From an uncultured Bacilli bacterium (GTDB lineage Bacteria > Bacillota_I > Bacilli_A > RF39 > UBA660): 64,000 bases of DNA. Location: contig CAKOJR010000001.1 of NCBI GenBank assembly GCA_934090735.1, forward strand, positions 90,984 to 154,983. The letters are read 5' to 3'. The notes below the pieces were generated by a model. It was not told the DNA's origin. It did no database searches and saw only the letters and a program-made list of their open reading frames with translations. Positions within the stretch are counted from its first letter, which is position 1. Each line of letters starts with the position of its first letter. Shown here piece after piece: positions 36,628-44,144 of the stretch. Made by a program: the position numbers and the translations under genes.

Positions 36628-37576
36628 TTCTTTTTATTTTACATAAAGCGTATATTCCTGTATTTATCGAAAGTATTATTAGATAGTTTTTGACTAGAAA
36701 TTCTATTACTTTATAACTATCTATAAGATAAAAACTAATTACTATATATAAAGTAAAAAGCACTATGTAGAATACTTTTTGACCATATAGTTTAGTAATA
36801 TTAAGGGCACTTAATGATGATGAGGTAAAACCGACAATAATCCAAATCATGAAAAGAATGTTTTCAACGTTATCGATGAAGTTAAGTGCAGATATTCTTT
36901 TTAAGACAATGTATTCTGGGTATCTATATAATGCACTCATTTCTGGACCTAGATTACCATAAGTGCATATTATAACAATAATAATATTAATTGCTGCATA
37001 TAAATAGATTTTCGGCTTATATTTTTCTTTGAAATTTGGTATTAGTACAATTGGAAAGGTACTAGTAATAGCAAAGCTTAGGCTGCCGATAAGTATTTTC
37101 ATTGGACTATTAATTAAGATAGGTTTAAAAAAGTCTAACTCTATGCTTGGGGTTAACATTGCAGCTGAAAATATCATTAGAATTGCAAAAAAGATAAATA
37201 GCGTGTTTACGCTTCTTAGATAAGCGTTAAAGCCTTGCTTTACCATGTAAATAATTAGTAACATATTAGGTATCATGATGATATAACTAGGAGTACTTGA
37301 TAAGTAGATGGATGATATTAATTTGGTGGTACTGTATAGACCGAAGAATAATAATATTAGATTACTAAAAAATGATGTTATTTTAAAACTTTGCCTATTT
37401 AGTTTTGTAAAGATAAAGAGAATGATTAAACCAAGAATTGTACCTAGTATAGAACATATCCATGCGTCTTCTTTAGAGGTTGTAAGAATGTTAGATATTC
37501 CAGCTCCCATGAGAAGAGAGAAGCTAAGTATATATTGCAGGAAACCATAATTATTTGTCTTTTTCATATTCACCAC
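36614..37576 (-). CDS. Spore germination protein, GerAB/GerKB-type permease subunit
   Basis: About 10 TM segments, 320 aa, last gene of the ger operon. Confidence 0.7.
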   Translation of the reverse strand: MVNMKKTNNYGFLQYILSFSLLMGAGISNILTTSKEDAWICSILGTILGLIILFIFTKLNRQSFKITSFFSNLILLFFGLYSTTKLISSIYLSSTPSYIIMIPNMLLIIYMVKQGFNAYLRSVNTLFIFFAILMIFSAAMLTPSIELDFFKPILINSPMKILIGSLSFAITSTFPIVLIPNFKEKYKPKIYLYAAINIIIVIICTYGNLGPEMSALYRYPEYIVLKRISALNFIDNVENILFMIWIIVGFTSSSLSALNITKLYGQKVFYIVLFTLYIVISFYLIDSYKVIEFLVKNYLIILSINTGIYALCKIKRTSQK

Positions 37577-38606
37577 CTAGAGAGTAAAATATAAGTCCTT
37601 TGCGATTTAAACTTACTTTAACTTTAACTTCATAATTAATATTTTTAATATTGTGAGGTTTAGTTCTTTTTTTATTGTAATAAATTTTTTTAAAACCAAA
37701 TATGTCACTGTCATTGGTTGTAAGTGTATTAATAAACTTATTAGTTTCATTAGTTATTTTTTCTTTAGTTATATTTGTTATTCTTTGAACTGTTTCTTTA
37801 TCGTCTAAATTAATGTCTTCCATTTCATCTAGTATGCCGCTTGCGTTTATTTCGATTATAAATCTATTATTTTGATAGTTAATTTTACTTTTTACTTTCA
37901 TGGCTTTAAATATGAAATTTTTACTATCTATAGTACTATTAAATAAGTAAGTCATATTACTATTGTTTAGAATATTATAGATTTGAATATTATCGAAATT
38001 TATAGTAGTTACGTCTTTTTTGTCACTGAAAATTATGGCTTTATCTATCAGATAATCATTATTACTAACATGGCCAACAGGTAGTATAATATCATAATAT
38101 GGGCTTAAAAACTTTTGTAAGAAAGGAGTGTATTTAATTCTAACTACGTTGTTGTAATTATCTTGTAATATTCCTTTAACATAATCGCCGTACACATTAT
38201 CTTTATCTTGCATCATTTTAAAGCTTTCTTTAAAATGATTATCGCAGAGAATATAGAAGTTGATGCCAACGTTATTTTCTCTAGAAAGGTAATCCATAAT
38301 ACTTTGAAGTTTATATGTTGCATTTTCTGTTAGAACTAAAACATTTAAGTCAATAAAATATAAAGTTTTTGAAGTAAGTAGGCTAACTTTTTGAATGGCT
38401 TCATCTAAACTTTTTCCGTCATAACTATAGATACTTGATTTATCTTTACCATCTTTGGTGTTATCCTTTATAAGGGCGCTTACTTCATATTTATTATCTC
38501 TATAATCTATTCCTAGGGCAGAAACTACTGCAATGTTATTTAGTTCTCTATAATTATTACATCCAGTAATAAATAGACAAAATATTATAATTAATAGTTT
38601 TTTCAT
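37551..38606 (-). CDS. Spore germination lipoprotein, Ger(x)C family
   Basis: Lipobox LFITGC, followed by NNYRELNNIAVVSALGIDY, typical of the GerAC N-terminus. Confidence 0.85.
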   Translation of the reverse strand: MKKLLIIIFCLFITGCNNYRELNNIAVVSALGIDYRDNKYEVSALIKDNTKDGKDKSSIYSYDGKSLDEAIQKVSLLTSKTLYFIDLNVLVLTENATYKLQSIMDYLSRENNVGINFYILCDNHFKESFKMMQDKDNVYGDYVKGILQDNYNNVVRIKYTPFLQKFLSPYYDIILPVGHVSNNDYLIDKAIIFSDKKDVTTINFDNIQIYNILNNSNMTYLFNSTIDSKNFIFKAMKVKSKINYQNNRFIIEINASGILDEMEDINLDDKETVQRITNITKEKITNETNKFINTLTTNDSDIFGFKKIYYNKKRTKPHNIKNINYEVKVKVSLNRKGLIFYSLGGEYEKDK

Positions 38607-38607
38607 G

Positions 38608-40002
38608 TTATCTCTGCTTTCTAATATTTTTGGTTAGAAATCTACTTCTTTTTTTGTTGTCGTGGATATCGCTTTCGTATAGAGTTTCTTTTAAGTATGG
38701 TAGACTAAATGGTACTACAGGAAAGGTGTATGGTAACCCAAAAGAGTTATAACTAGAAATGCTTACTATGAAAAAGATAAAAGCTAGAACTACGCCGTAA
38801 AGGCCATAGAATGAAGCAATAATCATTGAAATAAAGCGCCATATTCTAATTGCTCCACTAAGTTCGACGTTACTAAATATCATACTTGATATAAATGTAA
38901 GTGCTGTGATGATAATCATAATTGGACTAACTATGTTTGCTGATACTGCTGCATCGCCCAAGATAAGAGCTCCTAGGATACTTATTGATGAACTAAAGTT
39001 ACTGGGAAATCTGATATCACTTTCTCTGAGCATTTCACAAATAAAAAGCATAAAGAATGTTTCGATGGTTGCTGGAAAGGGGATACCTTCATTTTGAGTG
39101 ATAAAGTTAGTAAGTAAGCTTGCAGGGATAGTTTCTTGATTATAGGTAATTATAGCAATATAGAATGCAGGGGTGAAGATTGTTAAAAAGAAGCAAATCA
39201 TTCTTAAGATTTTTAGGTTGTTGGCATTTTTTTGATATAAATATTTATCACTGATTGGGTTAATAAAATCGGCAAGGACTGCAGGGAGAATGATTGCAAA
39301 TGGGGAGGTGTCCATAACAATGACAATTTTGCCGTCTAATAAAGCTTTAACTATGGCGTCAGGTCTTTCGGTGAGTTTTGTAGGTGGAAAAATATTTTCT
39401 TTATCTAATGTTAGATATTGTTTTAATTCACCGACGTCGATAACGGAATCGGTGTCTATTTTATTAAGTAGGTTATCTATTTGTTTGACAAGGTTTATAT
39501 CGGTAATATTATCAATGTATAATAGTCCTGTAGCAGTCTTTGTATATCTTCCTAGTTTGTATTCGTTTGTTTTTAAGTGAGATGACTTAAGTCTTCTTTT
39601 GATTAAACCAATATTTTTTTGATAGTTTTCTAGTAGGGAGTCTTTAGCTCCGTATAAATCTTGTTCTATTTCAGGTGAGCTTACCGATCTATCTAAATTT
39701 GCTTTGGTTTCAATAACGTAGATTTTATTATGGTAAATTAAAACGGTGAACCCATTGTATAAATAAAATTCAATTTCGTTTAGTTCAATTTTTTTAAAAT
39801 TTGGACCAGCAAGAATATCTTTGAAGTTTCGTAAGCTGTTTGGATTAGTTAAGTTTTTTAAAATAAAGTTATTGATTAATTCTGATGAACAGATCGTTTC
39901 AATGTAATAAATATGTACATAAGAAAAAGAATATTTTATTTTTCTTGCAATTAAATCTGGTGTATCTTTAAAAGTATTATTAATATATTTAAAAACATTC
40001 AT
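38608..40002 (-). CDS. Spore germination protein, GerAA/GerKA-type subunit
   Basis: 464 aa. Soluble N-terminal domain plus C-terminal TM bundle (PASLLTNFITQNEGIPFPATIE, ISILGALILGDAAV), typical of the GerA family. Confidence 0.85.
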   Translation of the reverse strand: MNVFKYINNTFKDTPDLIARKIKYSFSYVHIYYIETICSSELINNFILKNLTNPNSLRNFKDILAGPNFKKIELNEIEFYLYNGFTVLIYHNKIYVIETKANLDRSVSSPEIEQDLYGAKDSLLENYQKNIGLIKRRLKSSHLKTNEYKLGRYTKTATGLLYIDNITDINLVKQIDNLLNKIDTDSVIDVGELKQYLTLDKENIFPPTKLTERPDAIVKALLDGKIVIVMDTSPFAIILPAVLADFINPISDKYLYQKNANNLKILRMICFFLTIFTPAFYIAIITYNQETIPASLLTNFITQNEGIPFPATIETFFMLFICEMLRESDIRFPSNFSSSISILGALILGDAAVSANIVSPIMIIITALTFISSMIFSNVELSGAIRIWRFISMIIASFYGLYGVVLAFIFFIVSISSYNSFGLPYTFPVVPFSLPYLKETLYESDIHDNKKRSRFLTKNIRKQR

Positions 40003-40065
40003 ATTATCACTAGAAATAGTATGGCGCTTTTCTTTAAAATTATTTATAATATAACTGGTGATTTT

Positions 40066-40473
40066 ATGGGAGTAAAAGTTAATAATACTAATAAGACATT
40101 TAATGATTATAATTTTGGTGATTTTTTTAATGTAGGTAATTTGTATAATTATGAAAAGTTAGTTATTACTAAAGAAGATGTAAAAGGTTTATCTATTGGA
40201 AAAGATATAAATGAAGAAACAAAAAGTTTTATAGCATTAAGCATGATAAATAAAGCGAGTGTTTTAATTGTTGATGATATTAATATTGTAAGTGAGCTTG
40301 AACTTGAGGATATTGTTAAGAAATTTAATGGTATACTTGTTTTTAGGGATTCAGTGGATGCAATTAATTTAGGATTTATTAATGAAAAATCTGATGAAGT
40401 TATTATTGATAAGTATGGTAATGAAGAAAAACTTACTAAGGAAAAACTAGAAAATATAATAAAAGGTGCATAA
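40066..40473 (+). CDS. Hypothetical protein
   Basis: The ORF track gives 40021-40473. ATG 40066 (MGVKVNN) leaves room for the divergent ger promoter. No motif recognised. Confidence 0.45.
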   Translation: MGVKVNNTNKTFNDYNFGDFFNVGNLYNYEKLVITKEDVKGLSIGKDINEETKSFIALSMINKASVLIVDDINIVSELELEDIVKKFNGILVFRDSVDAINLGFINEKSDEVIIDKYGNEEKLTKEKLENIIKGA

Positions 40474-40499
40474 AACGAATAAAAAAGCCATAATATTAC

Positions 40500-40527
40500 T
40501 TGACAACAAATATAAAAATGGTATAAT
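40500..40527 (+). promoter_or_regulatory. Promoter of the infC-rpmI-rplT operon
   Basis: TTGACA, 16 nt spacer, TATAAT with an extended -10 (TGGTATAAT). Confidence 0.7.
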
Positions 40528-40533
40528 ATTCGT

Positions 40534-40641
40534 GTCTAAAAGGAAAGCGATGTATCCACGTCCACCTGACTTGCAAATAGGCGAGTAGGTCAAAAGCCGT
40601 AAACTGGTTTTTATAGTGGATACTATTGTATTCACTTTTTT
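40534..40641 (+). promoter_or_regulatory. L20 leader (ribosomal-protein autoregulatory attenuator)
   Basis: Terminator GTGGATAC-TATT-GTATTCAC followed by T6 (40616-40641). An upstream GTATCCAC (40552-40559) can pair with the terminator 5' arm as an antiterminator. The position upstream of infC is as in Bacillus. Confidence 0.65.
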
Positions 40642-40668
40642 GATGCATAAGTGTGGAGGTGTATTAGT

Positions 40669-41196
40669 ATAGCAAATGTCAAAAAAGATGACTTACCAAT
40701 TAATGGAAACATTAGAGTAAGTGAATTAATGGTAATTGGACCAAACGGAGAACAAATGGGGACTAAAAAATTACAAGATGCTCTAACATTAGCAAATTAT
40801 GCTGGTTTAGACTTAGTTCTTATGAGTGGTAATAGCGAACGTGCAGTCGGTAAAATTATGGACTACAACAAATATCGCTACGAAAAGCAAAAGAAACAAA
40901 AAGAAGCTCTTAAAAATCAAAGAGCAAACAACCGTGATATGAAAGAATACCAATTCTCAGTTACCATTGATATTGGAGATTTCAATACCCGTAAGAAAAA
41001 TGCTGAAGAATATTTAAAGAAGGGTCATAAAATTAAAGCAACCCTACGTTTCAAAGGACGTCAAATGGCTCATACTGAGTTAGGTAAAGATGTGCTTATG
41101 AAGCTTGCTACTGAACTAGAAGAAGTAGCTCAAATAGAATCAGCACCTAAACTTGAAGGTAGAACAATGACAATGATACTAGCACCAAAAAAATAA
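40669..41196 (+). CDS. infC: Translation initiation factor IF-3 (non-AUG start)
   Basis: INGNIRVSELMVIGPNGEQMG..., YRYEKQKKQKEA, FKGRQMAH. No in-frame ATG near the GGAGG at 40655-40659. In-frame ATT (40663) or ATA (40669) is the probable start. Confidence 0.85.
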   Translation: MANVKKDDLPINGNIRVSELMVIGPNGEQMGTKKLQDALTLANYAGLDLVLMSGNSERAVGKIMDYNKYRYEKQKKQKEALKNQRANNRDMKEYQFSVTIDIGDFNTRKKNAEEYLKKGHKIKATLRFKGRQMAHTELGKDVLMKLATELEEVAQIESAPKLEGRTMTMILAPKK

Positions 41197-41208
41197 GGAG
41201 GAATTATT

Positions 41209-41397
41209 ATGCCAAAACAAAAAACACATAAGGCAACAAGCAAAGTATTAAAGAAAAAGAAAAATGGAACCCTAACATATAAAGTTTCTGGTGGCAATCA
41301 TAAGACTGGTAAAGATACTAGTAAAGCAATCAGACAAAGAAGAAGTAAGGGAGTATTAGCGAAAGGAGAAGCTAGCAGATTAAAATCTGTTATCTAG
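41209..41397 (+). CDS. rpmI: 50S ribosomal protein L35
   Basis: MPKQKTHKATSKVLKKKKNG...; 62 aa, basic; lies between infC and rplT. Confidence 0.9.
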   Translation: MPKQKTHKATSKVLKKKKNGTLTYKVSGGNHKTGKDTSKAIRQRRSKGVLAKGEASRLKSVI

Positions 41398-41406
41398 GTG
41401 GTATAA

Positions 41407-41931
41407 ATGGCAAGAGTTAAAGGCGGAAACGTATCTAAAAATAGAAGAAGAAAAGTATTAAAAGCTGCTAAAGGTTACTTTGGAAGTAAACATCGTTTAT
41501 ATAAGACAGCACAAGAACAAACTTTCCATAGTGGAGCATATGCTTTTAGAGATCGTAAACAAAATAAGAGAAACTTCAGAAAACTATGGATTACAAGAAT
41601 CAATGCTGCATGTCGTGAAAATAACATTTCATACTCTAAATTCATTGGTGGTTTAGAAAAAGCAGGAATTGTAATCAATCGTAAAATGCTATCTGAAGTT
41701 GCTATTGATAATCCTAAATATTTTGCTGAATTAGTTAAGATGGCTGAAAATGCTAATAATGGTGTTGCACCAAAAGCAGAAAAAGCTGAAAAGAAGGTAG
41801 AAACTGTTAAAGAAGAAAATACTGATTTATCTAAATTAACAGTAGCTGAACTTAAAAAATTAGCTAGTGAAAAAAACATCGAAGGTTATACTTCAATGAA
41901 AAAAGCAGAACTATTAGAAGCTTTAAAGTAA
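41407..41931 (+). CDS. rplT: 50S ribosomal protein L20 with a C-terminal Rho_N/SAP-like extension
   Basis: [38 protein letters not shown]... is canonical L20 (~118 aa). An extra ~55 aa ends in [34 protein letters not shown]. Confidence 0.9.
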   Translation: MARVKGGNVSKNRRRKVLKAAKGYFGSKHRLYKTAQEQTFHSGAYAFRDRKQNKRNFRKLWITRINAACRENNISYSKFIGGLEKAGIVINRKMLSEVAIDNPKYFAELVKMAENANNGVAPKAEKAEKKVETVKEENTDLSKLTVAELKKLASEKNIEGYTSMKKAELLEALK

Positions 41932-41979
41932 TTGTCTGATGACAATTCTTTTTTTGAAATTTTAGAAAAGAGGAATATT

Positions 41980-42288
41980 ATGAGTAAAAAATATGATGAA
42001 CTAATAAGAAAAACTTCAAAAGACGGCATTTCTTTAGGAATTGATCCACAAAAAGTAATTCCTATGAGTCCAGAAGAAAGCGGTTTTAACAAAAAATATG
42101 GACTAGATGCAGATTTATTAAGAGAGTTAAGAGATAGAGCAATTATAAATTTTGTGAAATTAGCTATAAAAAACAATATAGATTTTACTTATGGTGATGT
42201 TCTTTTAGTAGTAGATGATGACGCTACTGAAAAAGAATATGAGGGAAGTAAACTAAATAGTAGTGTTAATAAAGATAAAAATATATAA
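41980..42288 (+). CDS. Hypothetical protein
   Basis: The ORF track starts at 41932. ATG 41980 (MSKKYDELIRK) follows AGAGGA. No motif recognised. Confidence 0.5.
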   Translation: MSKKYDELIRKTSKDGISLGIDPQKVIPMSPEESGFNKKYGLDADLLRELRDRAIINFVKLAIKNNIDFTYGDVLLVVDDDATEKEYEGSKLNSSVNKDKNI

Positions 42289-42355
42289 AATAAAAGAAGT
42301 ATTAAAACAATATTATATTACAGACTTAAATAAATATAATTTACTTAGGGAAAAA

Positions 42356-42591
42356 CTTAACAGTTGAGTGCTTGCCACCTTTCTTAAAGGGAAGGGGCTT
42401 GATATTATGAATAAAAAAGATTTTTAAATTCTATTTTAATCATAAATAATCTTTTGCTTATAGCCTTACTCTTTAAATTAATAAAGTAGTAAGACTACAA
42501 AAATAAAAGCACTCAATCTCGTAAGATTGGGTGCTAACACAAATTACGTGGCAAGTACTCAACACGTCAAAGTTAAGTATTTTCCTTTTTT
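42356..42591 (+). ncRNA. Structured RNA of unknown class (multi-helix junction closed by a long-range stem, U-tail)
   Basis: Closing stem CTTAAC-A-GTTGAGTGCTTGCCAC (42356-42378) pairs with GTGGCAAGTACTCAAC-ACGTCAAA-GTTAAG (42548-42577). Internal hairpins: CCTTTC/GGAAGG, CTTACTCTTTA/TAAAGTAGTAAG, AGCACTCAATCT-CGTA-AGATTGGGTGCT. The non-Watson-Crick pairs I found (one each in the closing stem, the CCTTTC/GGAAGG hairpin and the AGCACTCAATCT/AGATTGGGTGCT hairpin) are G:U on the + strand only. A T-rich tail follows. Confidence 0.45.
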
Positions 42592-42838
42592 ATTATTAAA
42601 AAACTCTTGATAAGTTCATTATAACAAATATAAAAATAACTGACAAATATATAATCATAATTTTCTAAAAAATACTTAAAATACAATCAATATTTTATGT
42701 CTTACAATTTTATAAGGCGGTAATAAGAATTTTCCTTCTTTTTCTTGTTTTCTTAACTTAAGTATAATATAATTTTGCTAGGAACATTTGATGTGAGTGT
42801 CAGCCTCCAATCTTGAAAAAGAAAGGAGGTAGATAAAG

Positions 42839-42931
42839 ATGAAAAACAAAACTTTTATTTTAAAAGTTCTAAGGCTCATCGCTATCATTTTATTACTTTC
42901 TACCTTGTTGGTACTAGCGATAAAAAAATAG
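42839..42931 (+). CDS. 30-aa hydrophobic peptide (type I toxin-like small membrane protein)
   Basis: AAAGGAGG RBS 9 nt upstream of the ATG. Peptide MKNKTFILKVLRLIAIILLLSTLLVLAIKK. An upstream CCTCC (42805-42809) can pair with the SD. Below the ORF-track size cutoff. Confidence 0.4.
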   Translation: MKNKTFILKVLRLIAIILLLSTLLVLAIKK

Positions 42932-43033
42932 ACACTCTTCAGCATTGATAGAGTGTCTAACTCAACTATATGAGGGACATTCACTTGCAAAATCAAATGT
43001 TCCTCTTTTTTATTATATGCAAGTTTCCTTGAC
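42922..43033 (-). ncRNA. Putative ~110-nt antisense sRNA convergent with the small peptide gene
   Basis: Runs from the minus-strand promoter (43040-43068) to the minus-strand terminator. It overlaps the last codons and stop of the peptide ORF. The TSS is inferred, not observed. Confidence 0.4.
42929..42959. terminator. Hairpin at the convergence point; functions as an intrinsic terminator on the minus strand
   Basis: TAGACACTCT / AGAGTGTCTA 10-bp stem. T7 follows on the minus strand (42922-42928). There is no T-run on the plus strand. Confidence 0.6.
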
Positions 43034-43039
43034 AAATAC

Positions 43040-43068
43040 ATTATAGCAAAAAAAAGAAACTTTTTCAA
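43040..43068 (-). promoter_or_regulatory. Near-consensus minus-strand sigma-A promoter
   Basis: Read on the minus strand: TTGAAA (43068-43063), 17 nt spacer, TATAAT (43045-43040) with an extended -10 (TGCTATAAT). Confidence 0.6.
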
Positions 43069-43086
43069 GTTTCTCATATTCAATCT

Positions 43087-43162
43087 TGGTGGAGAATAGG
43101 AGACTCGAACTCCTGACCCTCACGGTGCAAGCGTGATGCTCTACCAACTGAGCTAATTCCCC
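43087..43162 (-). tRNA. tRNA-Ala (anticodon UGC)
   Basis: Reverse complement GGGGAATTAGCTCAGTTGGTAGAGCATCACGCTTGCACCGTGAGGGTCAGGAGTTCGAGTCTCCTATTCTCCACCA. G3:U70 pair, anticodon loop CTTGCAC, GTTCGAGTC T-loop, encoded CCA. Confidence 0.92.
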
Positions 43163-43239
43163 AAGCAACAAGATAATTCTAGCATAACAAAACTCTAAAA
43201 TCAAGTGAATTTAAACTAAAATTATCAAAAAATATATAT

Positions 43240-43788
43240 TTATTTAATTATAACAAATTTTTCACGGGCTTTTCTGGCTTTTTCTTCAATTATAAATGTT
43301 TCTTTTTTAATGGGATTACCGTATGTTCTTAAATAAACCTTTATATAAAATGATGCTAGTTTACGTATATGTTCATCTGTATCTTGGATACTTGGATGGC
43401 TCATAATAACCTCATTACATAATTTTAGTAATTCTTTCTGACTTGATGAATAGTCTTGGGGGTTATCTAATGAGTTATTAAAGGCATCAGTGATTAAATC
43501 ATATATCGTTTTAATACTTCTAAATGATTTAATATTTGGAGTAGTTCTAGCAAAAGAGTAAGTACTTCCTTGTTCATCGATGTATATAGAGGTACCTGTA
43601 CTAACTTCTTTAAACCATAATAAATCTCTTAAGTGCTTATTATCACGTACTTTTCCCATTCTTTCATAAAAACCAAATGAGTATCTTTCACTTGGAGTAC
43701 CATCGAAATTATAATCAGTTTCGTTAAACTTTTCTTTAATTCCAATATAAATATCATATAAGTAAAAAGTTCTCATAAAACCACCCAT
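43240..43788 (-). CDS. Hypothetical protein (third gene of the YolD/polymerase cassette)
   Basis: 182-aa ORF 23 nt downstream of the YolD-like gene. No motif recognised. Confidence 0.5.
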   Translation of the reverse strand: MGGFMRTFYLYDIYIGIKEKFNETDYNFDGTPSERYSFGFYERMGKVRDNKHLRDLLWFKEVSTGTSIYIDEQGSTYSFARTTPNIKSFRSIKTIYDLITDAFNNSLDNPQDYSSSQKELLKLCNEVIMSHPSIQDTDEHIRKLASFYIKVYLRTYGNPIKKETFIIEEKARKAREKFVIIK

Positions 43789-43811
43789 GCTCGTTAGTAT
43801 ATCACATTCTT

Positions 43812-44144
43812 TTAATAAGAAATAGTTTTAATATTAATAATGTCCCAGAAATATAAAATATGGGTGTTATTTAAGTAAATTTTTTTAAGTGAACTATCAA
43901 CTTTTAAGATTATTCCTTTATCGTGATATAGAAATCCTTCTTTATAAAATGTTAAGTCAACCATAACTTTATTTGTTAGAGCTTCTAAAATAGTTTTTTC
44001 AATATTATTGATTTGTTCATCAGAAAGCATTGGTTTATTAATTCTTTTCTTTTTATTTTCGATTTCAGAAACTATATATTTACCATTTATAATTGAATTA
44101 AAAGGTGCCCATTTTATTTCACCACGGTCATGCACTGTGACCAC
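43812..44144 (-). CDS. YolD-like protein
   Basis: 110 aa. DRGEIKWAPFNSI... N-terminus. Overlaps the stop of the upstream Y-family polymerase gene, as in the B. subtilis uvrX-yolD and yqjW-yqzH pairs. Confidence 0.65.
   Translation of the reverse strand: MVTVHDRGEIKWAPFNSIINGKYIVSEIENKKKRINKPMLSDEQINNIEKTILEALTNKVMVDLTFYKEGFLYHDKGIILKVDSSLKKIYLNNTHILYFWDIINIKTISY

Noticed and set aside
40447-40635. 62-aa minus-strand ORF across the infC promoter and leader
   Set aside because: The region is explained by the promoter and L20 leader structure, and the ORF has no RBS.
41475-42176. Two antisense ORFs (134 aa and 96 aa) opposite rplT and the downstream gene
   Set aside because: They lie entirely antisense to a highly conserved ribosomal protein gene, with Ser/Leu/Phe-rich shadow-frame composition and no RBS.
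42778-43083. 101-aa minus-strand ORF from the track
   Set aside because: It runs straight through a 10-bp hairpin plus T7 intrinsic terminator on its own strand. I see no convincing RBS. Its composition is that of AT-rich spacer. It is better explained as the region holding the small plus-strand peptide gene and an antisense RNA.
43013-43204. 63-aa minus-strand ORF
   Set aside because: It overlaps the tRNA-Ala gene (43087-43162) almost completely and is an artefact of translating the tRNA.
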